A DNA stretch of 64,000 nt from an uncultured bacterium (GTDB taxonomy: Bacteria; Zhuqueibacterota; QNDG01; DTFT01), in NCBI GenBank assembly GCA_963736115.1, contig CAVTNR010000012.1, positions 192,001 through 256,000 of the forward strand, in the 5' to 3' direction. The notes under the pieces are model-generated. The model was not told the DNA's origin, did no database searches, and was given only the letters and a program-made list of their open reading frames with translations. Below, piece by piece: positions 29,101 through 37,821 of the stretch. The stretch's first letter is position 1. Every line of letters begins with the position of its first letter. A program made the translations under genes and the position numbers.

Positions 29101-31187
29101 TTAAAGGCGAAAAACCGCCTTGAAAAGGATTTCTATATCCAAAAGATAAGAATAATTTCTGAGATAGTAAAGCCTTACCCGTTCTTTTTCCTCCCCGGAC
29201 ATACCTTTGCGTTCCCGTATCTGGACCAGTCCGGTCATGCCGGGCTTGAATCCGACCGGGTCCGGTTTTCCCTCCCAGGGCCGCATTTCCGACCCCACCA
29301 GGCTGATCCGTCCAGCCAGCAGATCGACGAACAAAGGCGACAGACCGGTCCAGCCGCCGGCTGGCACATCCCCCCGGAAAGCCCTCAAAACCCGGACCGG
29401 ATCGGCCGAGTCGCCGGCCACCGGGATGCGCCGCAAATGGATCCGCCTCCGCAGAAGAACGGATGCCAGGGATGCAAGCCAGGCCGGCGCCAGGAGAACC
29501 GCGGCGGAAATGTCCGTCAGCCGTTTGGCGATGCGGTTGTGTATCCTGTAGATCCGGTCATCCAGGTCCATCAGGGGCACATCCTCGATGGGATCGATGG
29601 ACGAGCTTCCGATGATCAGGTCGAGTCCGTGGGGCACCATCTTGAAGTCGAGCTGAGACCCGCGGCCTCCCGCGATGGCGGCCACGACCCGGTGGGTGTC
29701 TATCGATTCCGGGGAAAAGATGACCGTCTGGATCCGGTTGGACCGGGCGATGCGCCCCAGGTCCGCGAGCACGCCCAGCCTGGGCGGGCCGTTTCCGTCC
29801 GGCCGGTTCAGATCCTCCTCGGTAGTGGCGATCAGTCCGACCATTTCATAGCCCGCCTCGATTCTCCGCCTCAGGCGGTCGAACAGGGTCTCCGCGTCCG
29901 GACCCGTTCCCACCACCGCGGCCCGCCTCCGAAGCAAGGTCCGGCCGATGTTTCCCAGAAACGGAAGACGCGTGAATTGCGGCAGAAAACGGATGCCCAG
30001 CCTCCAGCCGGCCAGCAGGACCCACGCGAAGACGCCGGTCAGGACGACGACTTTCCGGGAGAATGCGTACTGGGGCAGAAAAAGGTCAGGGACGCGTTCA
30101 GCACCAGGCCGAGCAGGACCCCGGCCGATGCCTTGGCCGAGCTGAACAGGCCTTTCCGGTAGGCTCCGACCGTGTACAGGCAGATGAGCCAGACCGAGGT
30201 GTACAACAGGTCGACCACCCGGTACGAAGCCCAGTGCCGGAGTGTGCCGAAACGGACCCAGTGGGCCGCCGCCAGGCCGGCCTGGATCAGTGCCGTGTCC
30301 ACCGCGGCCGGGGCCAGCCGGCCGGCCAGCCGGGCCAGAAAATTCAGGCCGGAACGGAACCAGATGCCCAGCCGCAGCAGCCACATGGGCAGAAAGGACC
30401 AGCCGGTCCGGAAATGCTTGCGGACGAAGAGATGCATCGCATCGTCAAAAACGCGGATGGTGTCGAAAGAGGCCTCGTGCGCGCTCCGCCCCTTGTAATG
30501 CACGATACGGGCTTCTGGGTTATAGATGATTTTCCACCCGGCCTTGCGGATCCGGTAGCACCAGTCGAGGTCTTCCCCGTACATGAAGAAATCCTCGTCC
30601 AGGAACCCGACCGAATCGAGCACTTCCTTCCGGACGAACATGAAGGACCCGGACACCGCCTCCACTTCGGATGCCGCCTCGGGATCGAGGTAGGTCAGGT
30701 TGTACCGGCCGAACCACCGGGACCGGGGGAACAGGGCCGCAAGGCCGGACACCTTGGTGAACGCCACCCAGGGCGTCGGGAAACTCCTCCGGCACGCGGG
30801 CTGAAGGGTTCCGTCCGGATTCAGCACCTTGCACCCGATCATGCCGGCATCGGGCCTGGCATCGAGGGCGCGGAGGCACACCCGGAACGTGTCCTCGCCT
30901 GCGATCGTGTCCGGATTGATCAGGCAGACCGCGCGGCCCGCGGCCAGACGCAGCGCCTGGTTGTTGGCCCTCGCGAACCCCGCGTTTGCGTCGTTGACGA
31001 TCAGGCGGACGTCCGGGAACAGACCGCGGACCATGGCCGCGCTGCCGTCTCCGGACGCGTTGTCTACGACGAAAATTTCCGAGGGAATGCCGTCCAGTGC
31101 CCTTCGGACCGAGCGCAGCGCCTGTTCGAGGTAGGGCTTGACGTTGTAGCTGACGATGACGACCGAAATGTCGGGGCCGGATTCCAT
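29101..31187 (-). pseudogene. GT2 glycosyltransferase fused to membrane/CoA-binding and bacterial sugar-transferase-like domains; split by a 1-nt frameshift near 30079-30083
   Basis: ORF 30039-31187 (SVVIVSYN, VDNASGDGS, FDE-like FFMYGEDLD) joins ORF 29101-30384 (PQYAFSR...KPGMTGLVQI...LLDIEIL) if one base is added to the A5 run; may be an assembly error. Confidence 0.75.
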
Positions 31188-31191
31188 GGCG

Positions 31192-31911
31192 TCAGAGTTT
31201 CCCCGCCAGGCTCAGAATGCGCAGTTTCCACACCATCCAGGCGGCCTCCCGGACGATGCGCGAACTCATCTTGGAGTAGCCGACGTTGCGGTCGGTGAAG
31301 ACGATTGGAATTTCAATGACACGGAATCCCGCGCGCTTCGCCAGGAAGGTCATCTCGATCTGAAAGGCGTACCCGTCCGAGCGGATCCGGTCGAGCGGAA
31401 TCGCCTCCAGCACGCGCCGGTGAAAGCACTTGTATCCGCCGGTGGCATCCTGGATCGGAAGGCCGGTGACGAACCGGGTGTACCGGTTGGCGAACCAGGA
31501 CAGCAGGAGGCGGGACATCGGCCAGTTGATCACGTTCACGCCCTGGACGTAGCGTGAGCCCAGGACGAGATCCGCGGATTCAGCAGCGGCCAGGAAACGC
31601 GGGATGTCATTGGGATCATGGGAAAAATCGGCGTCCATCTCGAACACCAGGGGGTATCCGCGCTCCAGCGCAAACCGGAACCCCGCCACATAGGCGGTGC
31701 CGAGCCCCTGTTTGCCGGGCCGCGTGATGAGATGCACGCGGCTTTCGGTCCGCATGACCGCCTCGACCGCTGAAGCCGTGCCGTCCGGCGAGCCGTCGTC
31801 CACGACCAGGACCTCGACCGCCGGATGCTGTCCGAGTATCCTGGGAATCAGGGGAACGATGTTGCCGACCTCATTGTAGGTCGGGACGATGATGAGGATG
31901 CGGTCGGGCAT
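31192..31911 (-). CDS. Polyprenol monophosphomannose synthase (DPM1-like GT2)
   Basis: IIVPTYNE, VDDGSPDGT, GLGTAY.AGF, EMDADFSH.P, GYAFQIEM, SKMS. Confidence 0.92.
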   Translation of the reverse strand: MPDRILIIVPTYNEVGNIVPLIPRILGQHPAVEVLVVDDGSPDGTASAVEAVMRTESRVHLITRPGKQGLGTAYVAGFRFALERGYPLVFEMDADFSHDPNDIPRFLAAAESADLVLGSRYVQGVNVINWPMSRLLLSWFANRYTRFVTGLPIQDATGGYKCFHRRVLEAIPLDRIRSDGYAFQIEMTFLAKRAGFRVIEIPIVFTDRNVGYSKMSSRIVREAAWMVWKLRILSLAGKL

Positions 31912-31949
31912 GCGAGGGGTCCCGGGTTCAGGTTCCTGAATGGCAATGG

Positions 31950-32057
31950 AGTTCATGGTTCATAGTTCATAGTTCATAGTTGACAGAAAAAGAGTCGCCG
32001 CGGAATCTCGATATATTTCGCTCTTAACTATGAACAATAAACCATGAACTATGAACT
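31950..32057. repeat. Inverted heptamer arrays (foldback unit)
   Basis: ([A/G]GTTCAT)x4 ... AGAAAAGAGT ... CTCTTAACT(ATGAAC.)x4; sister of 9377-9481. Confidence 0.85.
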
Positions 32058-32062
32058 GTTTT

Positions 32063-32518
32063 TTATAGCTTCGCTCCTGCTTTTCGAAATTCGGATAGTT
32101 TCTTTTTCAGCTCCGGGTACTTGAGGGCGAGGATCTCCGCCGCGAGCACGGCCGCGTTCTTCGCGCCGGCCTTGCCCACGGCCACGCAGGCCACGGGTAT
32201 GCCGGGCGGCATCTGGACGATGGAATAGAGCGCGTCGACCCCGCCCAGCGCGGAGCCCTCGAGCGGCACGCCGATCACTGGCAGTGTCGTGTGCGAGGCG
32301 ATCACGCCCGGAAGGGCGGCGGCCATTCCGGCGCCCGCGATGATCAGGTCGAACCCGGCCGCTTCGGCGCCTCGGGCGAAGGCGGCAACGGCCTCCGGAT
32401 CCCGGTGGGCGGACATTACCGCCGTTTCGAAAGGAACGGCGAACGACGCCAGGCCGTCCGTGCAGGCCTTCATCACGGCTTCGTCGGACGCACTGCCCAT
32501 CAGCACGGCGACTTTCAT
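32063..32518 (-). CDS. purE: N5-carboxyaminoimidazole ribonucleotide mutase
   Basis: MKVAVLMGS.SD, SAHR.P, AGMAAALPGV, PVIGVP, SIVQMPPGIPVA. Confidence 0.96.
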   Translation of the reverse strand: MKVAVLMGSASDEAVMKACTDGLASFAVPFETAVMSAHRDPEAVAAFARGAEAAGFDLIIAGAGMAAALPGVIASHTTLPVIGVPLEGSALGGVDALYSIVQMPPGIPVACVAVGKAGAKNAAVLAAEILALKYPELKKKLSEFRKAGAKL

Positions 32519-33492
32519 CGGATCGTCTCCTGGTTTGGGCCGACGCGGGGCGATCCCCGCTTCAGCATGAACGAAACACCGCCCGGCAGGCTCGTGCCGA
32601 TGGCGACCAGATAGGCCATAAATTCCACGGCCACGGCCTGAACGGCGGTCACGCCCACGAGCCCCAGCAGAACCACGCCGGACTGCTCGCGCAGTCCGAT
32701 TCCCCCGATGGTCAGGGGCAGGGTCGCCAGAATGGCGATGATCGGTATGAAGAGAAAGTAAAAGACCGGCGGCACCGTCACCCCGAGCGAACGGCCGACT
32801 CCGTAATGCGTCAGGATGCGGGCGGACTGGACCAGAACTGAAACCGCGGCGACGGACAGCAGGAGCCGGCGGTTCCGGCCGAACGCGTGGATTTTGCGGT
32901 AGACCTCCCGCATTTTCACCTGCAGTTTCGCGGGCAGGAAGGGCCGGATCAGCCGCGTAAGCGGTTTGGCGAACCTCTTGTTGAAGAAGAAGAAACAGAG
33001 GAAGCACCACCCCAGCAGCATGGCCGCGAAGGGCAGCCAGAACGCGCGGCCGAACGGATGACGGAGGCAGGCGAACGGAATCGCCGCCACTGAGAGTCCC
33101 GACATGACCAGAAACCCCACCATGCGGTCCAGCACCACGGCGGACACCGCGGACGTGCCCTTGCGCGGCTGCCGGCCCATGTCGAGCATGCGGTACACGT
33201 CCCCGCCCGCTCCGCCGATCAGAAAATTGTTGAAAAAAAGCCCGGTGAAATAGCAGTCCAGAACTCTGCGGCCCGGTGGATGGATGTCCTCGGCTTTCAG
33301 CAGCATCCGCCACTGCACGGCCCCCAGCAGATGGCTGACCAGAAACAGCAGGAACGAGCCGGCGAGCCAGAGCAGGTTCGCTTTGCTGATCAGTCCCGTG
33401 ATCCGGTCAAGACCGATGCGGCTGAGCAGCCACCAGACGAGGCCCGCGCTCCCCGCGATTTTCAGGAACCGGATGCTCAGGCGCCGGATCAT
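32515..33492 (-). CDS. Lysylphosphatidylglycerol-synthase-TM (UPF0104) flippase-like membrane protein
   Basis: QWRMLL, GLFFNNFL.G..GGDVYR, DRMVG, LPLTIGGIGLRE. Confidence 0.85.
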   Translation of the reverse strand: MIRRLSIRFLKIAGSAGLVWWLLSRIGLDRITGLISKANLLWLAGSFLLFLVSHLLGAVQWRMLLKAEDIHPPGRRVLDCYFTGLFFNNFLIGGAGGDVYRMLDMGRQPRKGTSAVSAVVLDRMVGFLVMSGLSVAAIPFACLRHPFGRAFWLPFAAMLLGWCFLCFFFFNKRFAKPLTRLIRPFLPAKLQVKMREVYRKIHAFGRNRRLLLSVAAVSVLVQSARILTHYGVGRSLGVTVPPVFYFLFIPIIAILATLPLTIGGIGLREQSGVVLLGLVGVTAVQAVAVEFMAYLVAIGTSLPGGVSFMLKRGSPRVGPNQETIR

Positions 33493-34520
33493 CAGGCCCT
33501 CCGCCGCAGGTCGCAGGCGCGCCTTGCGCCGCGGACGTAATAATCCCACACAATGCTGCCCCGGTACAGTGCCCGGGGCATGCCTGCGCCCGGAGCCCTG
33601 GCCTGCGTATCGCGGCGCGCCCGTACGACGGACGGCAGCCGGCCGATCACGGCCGCGGCCGCCGCGGGAACGGCCCAAAACCGTTTCGGCTGGCCGATGA
33701 CGAGGCTTCCGCAGGCCGCGGCCGATTCAAGGAACAGGCGGACCGGCAGGATCCAGGCCAGATGCGCGGCCGGCAGGTTTTTAATCAGCATCATCAGACT
33801 GTTGCGGTGGTTCAGAATCATTTTGCGCATCCGCTCGCTCCCGAGCGTCCCGCCGGACTGATGCCGGACGATGGCGGACGGAACGACGGCGATGCCGTAT
33901 CCCGCCGCCTGCAGTCGCCAGGCGAGATCGATTTCCTCCATGTGCGCGAAAAAGGATTCATCCAGCAGACCGGCGCGGTCCAGCGCCGACATCCGGAGCA
34001 GACAGGCCGCTCCCGTGGCCCAGAACACCGGCCCCCCGGAATCGTACTGGCCCCGGTCCTCCTCCACAGTGTCGAAAATCCGACCGCGGCAGAACGGAAA
34101 ACCGAACCAATCCATTTCCCCGCCCGCGGCGCCGCTGTAGTCGAACCGGCCCGGCCGGTCCAGGGACATCATTTTCGGCGCCGCCGCGGCCAGGTCCGCA
34201 TCCGCGTCCAAAGCCGCGACCAGTCTCCGGAGCCAGTCCGGTTCCGCTTCCGCGTCGTTGTTCAGCAGGGCGGCGTAGGGCGTGTCCGCGTGCCGGAGTC
34301 CGAGATTGCACCCGCCCGCGAAACCGAGATTCTTCGGGCTCTGAACCAGGCCGGCTTCCGGAAATTCGCGCCGCACCATGGCCGCGCTTCCGTCCCCGGA
34401 CCCGTTGTCCACGACGAGCGCCCGGAAACGCACCCCCCGGGTCCGCCGGAGCGACAGAAGGCAACGGCGAAGGATGCCTTCGCCGTTCCAATGGGGAATG
34501 ATAACCGTGACGCGGTTCAC
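33492..34520 (-). CDS. GT2 glycosyltransferase (WbbL-like)
   Basis: IIPHWNG, VDNGSGDGS, NLGFAGGCN, LLNND, FFAHMEEIDL. Confidence 0.92.
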   Translation of the reverse strand: MNRVTVIIPHWNGEGILRRCLLSLRRTRGVRFRALVVDNGSGDGSAAMVRREFPEAGLVQSPKNLGFAGGCNLGLRHADTPYAALLNNDAEAEPDWLRRLVAALDADADLAAAAPKMMSLDRPGRFDYSGAAGGEMDWFGFPFCRGRIFDTVEEDRGQYDSGGPVFWATGAACLLRMSALDRAGLLDESFFAHMEEIDLAWRLQAAGYGIAVVPSAIVRHQSGGTLGSERMRKMILNHRNSLMMLIKNLPAAHLAWILPVRLFLESAAACGSLVIGQPKRFWAVPAAAAAVIGRLPSVVRARRDTQARAPGAGMPRALYRGSIVWDYYVRGARRACDLRRRA

Positions 34521-34560
34521 TGAACGCCTCCCGGAAACTGGCCGGTTTGACCGGGCGCGC

Positions 34561-37260
34561 CTATCGGGCCTTTTCCGCCCCCCCGACGGGGGCCATGGAT
34601 GCCTTGATGCGATTCAGCTCGCCCGAGGCGGAGGTGTCTCCGGGATGGAACGTCAGATACTCTTCAAGCATCGAAACCGCTTTATCGTGCTGTCCGGACA
34701 GGCTGAACAGCCGGAGCATCTCGGAATAAGCCTGGAAATCGTTGCGGTCGGCCTGGATCAGGCGCCGGAGTATGCCCTCCGCCGCGTCCCAGTCCTGCAG
34801 GTTGAACATGAAGTAATTCGCCGTCATGAACAGATCCTGGCGGTTGAGCGGCTGGCCCGGAATCACGCGCCTGAGCTGTTCGTTCAGGTCGAGCTTGACG
34901 CCCGCGTCGCTCGAGAGCTTGTGGATGTACAGGGCCGCGCGCTCGTCGCTGTACGGAATCACGTTCTCGGGCATGATTTTCGACATCTGATCGAGAGTTC
35001 TCGCGGCGTCGGCCTTTCGCCCCCGGTCCAGGTACCACTGGGTGAGCTGGAGAAAGGCGGAGCGGTAGTTCTGCAGGAGCTTCAGGATGTTGATGTCGTT
35101 GGTCACGCCCGGGTTGTTCAGGTTGCGGTACTTGTATTTTTTCAGGATGTTCTCCTCCAGCACCCGTCCGTCCACGTCGCGCACCGGGTACGGAAGCACC
35201 TTGAAGGCGAGCCCGTCCATGCGGAAATACGGGGCCAGGCCGATGAAATTGTCCTGCGATACGGTGACCGCGAAGTACACGGGCTTTTGCCACTGGTTCG
35301 CGTGCAGGATCTGCAGGATCATCAGATCCTGCACCCGTATGCCCTGGGTGCCCGAGGCGTTGAACGTCGGCTTGACCGGAAACACGAGCTTGTCCCCGAT
35401 CTTCACCGTGCTGGTGTCCCCGAGTTCCGCCCTTGCCTTTTTAACGGCCTCAGGAGGAATCGGAATCTCGACCTGCTGGGTCTGCCAGATCATTGGCTGT
35501 AGGCTTTCGATGGCACGGTCGCTCAGGTTGATCGGCACCTTCGGATGCTCATCGCGCAGCTGGCGGATGTACCAGGACGTGTTCAGCAGGGACAGGTTGA
35601 CGATGCGGACGTCCTTGCGGATGCCCTCCACCTCCTGCAGGTACCACAGCGGGAACGTGTCGTTGTCTCCGTTGGTGAAGATGACCGCATCGGGCTCGCA
35701 GGTCTGCAGGATGTTGTACGAGTAATCCCAGGCCACGTAATTGCCGGCCCGGCTGTGGTCGCGGTAGTTGAAGGCGAACAGGTTCAAGGGCACGGCGATC
35801 GTCAGCAGGAGGCCGGCCGCCGCGAACGCGGCGGTCTTCATCCGCGGCCTGCGCTTCAGGGCGTCCGAAATCCACTCGAGGACCGCGGCCATGCCGATGC
35901 CGACCCAGAGGGCGAAGGCGAAGAAGGATCCGACATAGGAATAGTCGCGCTCGCGCGGCTGGGGATCGGGCTGGTTCACGTACAGCACGATGGCGTAGCC
36001 CGTGACGAAGAAGAGCACCAGTACCGCGAGGGCGCGCTTCCAGTCCTTGATGAAGTGGTAGACGGCGCCCCAGAGACCCACGAGGAACGGGATGCCGTAA
36101 AGGCCGCGGAAGGTGATGATCTCGGTGATCCGGTCCTGCGAATCGAGGGTGACGCCCTTGCCGATGAAGTTCCAGGCGAAATAACGGTTGTACATGAGCT
36201 GGATCTGGTAGCTCCAGAAATCGGCCTTGCGGTGGAGAAAGGTGAGGATCATGTCCTCGTTGCCGTACTGCTTGCGGGCGAGATAGTCCTTCATCCCCAC
36301 CCAGGTCGACGGGTCGTTTTCATTGATGGGCGGATTCATTCCGGACCGGATGTAAATGACCAGATACAGGGAATAGCTCAACAGGCCGATGACCGGCAAC
36401 ACCCACCAGGCCGCGAAAACATGACGGTCCTTGAAATACATGTACACCAGGGTCGCAATCAGCCAGAATCCGCCGAAGTATTTCAGGAAAGTGACCGCGT
36501 CCGCCTGGCGCTTCATCATCTCCTCGTACCCGATTGTGGCGGGGTTGTACTGAAACAGGAGGAAATAGAGCAGGGCCGGGACCGCGATCTGCGCGGCCAC
36601 GAGGTTCAGCAGGCGCCGGACCGTGACGTTCTCGTGAAACCAGACGATCAGAAAAACGAAGGGAAGGGTCAGGAGATTCTCGAGATGGACGCCGTTGGCC
36701 AGCCCGAACAGGTAGAAAATCAGGAAAATCAGCACGAGACTGCTGGCTTTGGCGGACTGCTCCTCCCACTTGAGCGCCAGGTAGATCACCGACGAGGTGA
36801 ACAGCATGGACAGGGCGTAAACCTCGGCCTCGACGGCATTGAACCAGAAGCTGTCGGTGAAGGCGAAAGCGAGCGCGCCGAAGGCGGCGCTGCCGAAAAC
36901 GACCAGCCGGTCCTCCCAGGTGCGCGGCTCCCCGCGCCAGCGCTCAATGAGCTTGGCAATGATGAGAAAAGTGAACAGGATGGTCAGGCTGGAGGTCACC
37001 ACCGACATCATGTTCATGCGCAGGCCCACGTCCTTGAACAGGGGAATCATGGTCGTGATCCGGCCGAGCAGAAGCACCAGGGGGTTGCCGGGCGGATGCA
37101 TGACACCGAGAATGTGTGAAGAGGCGATGAACTCGCCGCAGTCCCAGAAAGAAGTCGTCGGCTGGACTGTTATGAAATAGACGATGAAGGAGACCAGGGA
37201 AACGAAAACGCCGAGGACCCACTGGAGCCTCCGGTTCAGCGCCTGGATGGTTAAATCCAT
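34561..37260 (-). CDS. DUF2723 / TMEM260-like GT-C membrane glycosyltransferase with C-terminal TPR
   Basis: SFWDCGEF..., HPPG.P, NAVEAEVY, RERDYSY, FTNGDNDTFPLWY.QEVEGIRKDV, NLSLLNT.WYI.QL. Confidence 0.88.
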   Translation of the reverse strand: MDLTIQALNRRLQWVLGVFVSLVSFIVYFITVQPTTSFWDCGEFIASSHILGVMHPPGNPLVLLLGRITTMIPLFKDVGLRMNMMSVVTSSLTILFTFLIIAKLIERWRGEPRTWEDRLVVFGSAAFGALAFAFTDSFWFNAVEAEVYALSMLFTSSVIYLALKWEEQSAKASSLVLIFLIFYLFGLANGVHLENLLTLPFVFLIVWFHENVTVRRLLNLVAAQIAVPALLYFLLFQYNPATIGYEEMMKRQADAVTFLKYFGGFWLIATLVYMYFKDRHVFAAWWVLPVIGLLSYSLYLVIYIRSGMNPPINENDPSTWVGMKDYLARKQYGNEDMILTFLHRKADFWSYQIQLMYNRYFAWNFIGKGVTLDSQDRITEIITFRGLYGIPFLVGLWGAVYHFIKDWKRALAVLVLFFVTGYAIVLYVNQPDPQPRERDYSYVGSFFAFALWVGIGMAAVLEWISDALKRRPRMKTAAFAAAGLLLTIAVPLNLFAFNYRDHSRAGNYVAWDYSYNILQTCEPDAVIFTNGDNDTFPLWYLQEVEGIRKDVRIVNLSLLNTSWYIRQLRDEHPKVPINLSDRAIESLQPMIWQTQQVEIPIPPEAVKKARAELGDTSTVKIGDKLVFPVKPTFNASGTQGIRVQDLMILQILHANQWQKPVYFAVTVSQDNFIGLAPYFRMDGLAFKVLPYPVRDVDGRVLEENILKKYKYRNLNNPGVTNDINILKLLQNYRSAFLQLTQWYLDRGRKADAARTLDQMSKIMPENVIPYSDERAALYIHKLSSDAGVKLDLNEQLRRVIPGQPLNRQDLFMTANYFMFNLQDWDAAEGILRRLIQADRNDFQAYSEMLRLFSLSGQHDKAVSMLEEYLTFHPGDTSASGELNRIKASMAPVGGAEKAR

Positions 37261-37320
37261 TCAAATCCTCCGGTTAAAGGGAAAAGCAATCAACTAAGAT
37301 AGTCGTTTTTTACAATGAAA

Positions 37321-37680
37321 TCAAGGATTTTCCCCCTTCGCGGGACTCGTTTTCGCTTCTGTTTTCGCTTCGGACTTCGTTTCTCCGGCCGGTGCCCCGG
37401 CCTTGGCGGACTCGTCCTTTTTCAGCTCATCGACGAAATTGAGCTGGAGTTCGCTGATCACGTGGCCGAGAAACTTCGTCTCATCCTCCGACAGGTTCCC
37501 CGCGGTCTTGGCGCGCAGCATTTCGAGCATGTCGATGGAATACCGCGCCTGCTCCAGGTTCCGTTCGATTTTGTCCATGACGGGATTCTTGATCTTCCCC
37601 ATCTGCTGCCAGGCCGCCGCCTGAAAGGTGATGGCAAGCTGCATGAACAGTGCTGTTTCCTTCGCGTTGCTTTCGGCCAT
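37321..37680 (-). CDS. DUF1844 domain protein
   Basis: AWQQMGKIKNP...NLEQARYSIDML.ML..KT.GNLS.DE...LQLNFV. Confidence 0.85.
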   Translation of the reverse strand: MAESNAKETALFMQLAITFQAAAWQQMGKIKNPVMDKIERNLEQARYSIDMLEMLRAKTAGNLSEDETKFLGHVISELQLNFVDELKKDESAKAGAPAGETKSEAKTEAKTSPAKGENP

Positions 37681-37821
37681 GTTCCCCTCCTTGCTGGGTG
37701 CCCTGCCGCCATTTCGATTGAAGACTCCCACGGACGGTCACTGCCGAACACGGGCGTCCTGAAAAACGATTCCCCCTTCCGTGTTCCTCCGTGCCTTTCC
37801 GTAGTGATCATTCCGTTTCGA

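Noticed and set aside
32519-33313. Long N-terminal extension of purE in the ORF track (also lysA, gdhA, GH8, 61773-62603)
   Set aside because: Extensions overlap upstream genes or promoters; internal starts match family N-termini
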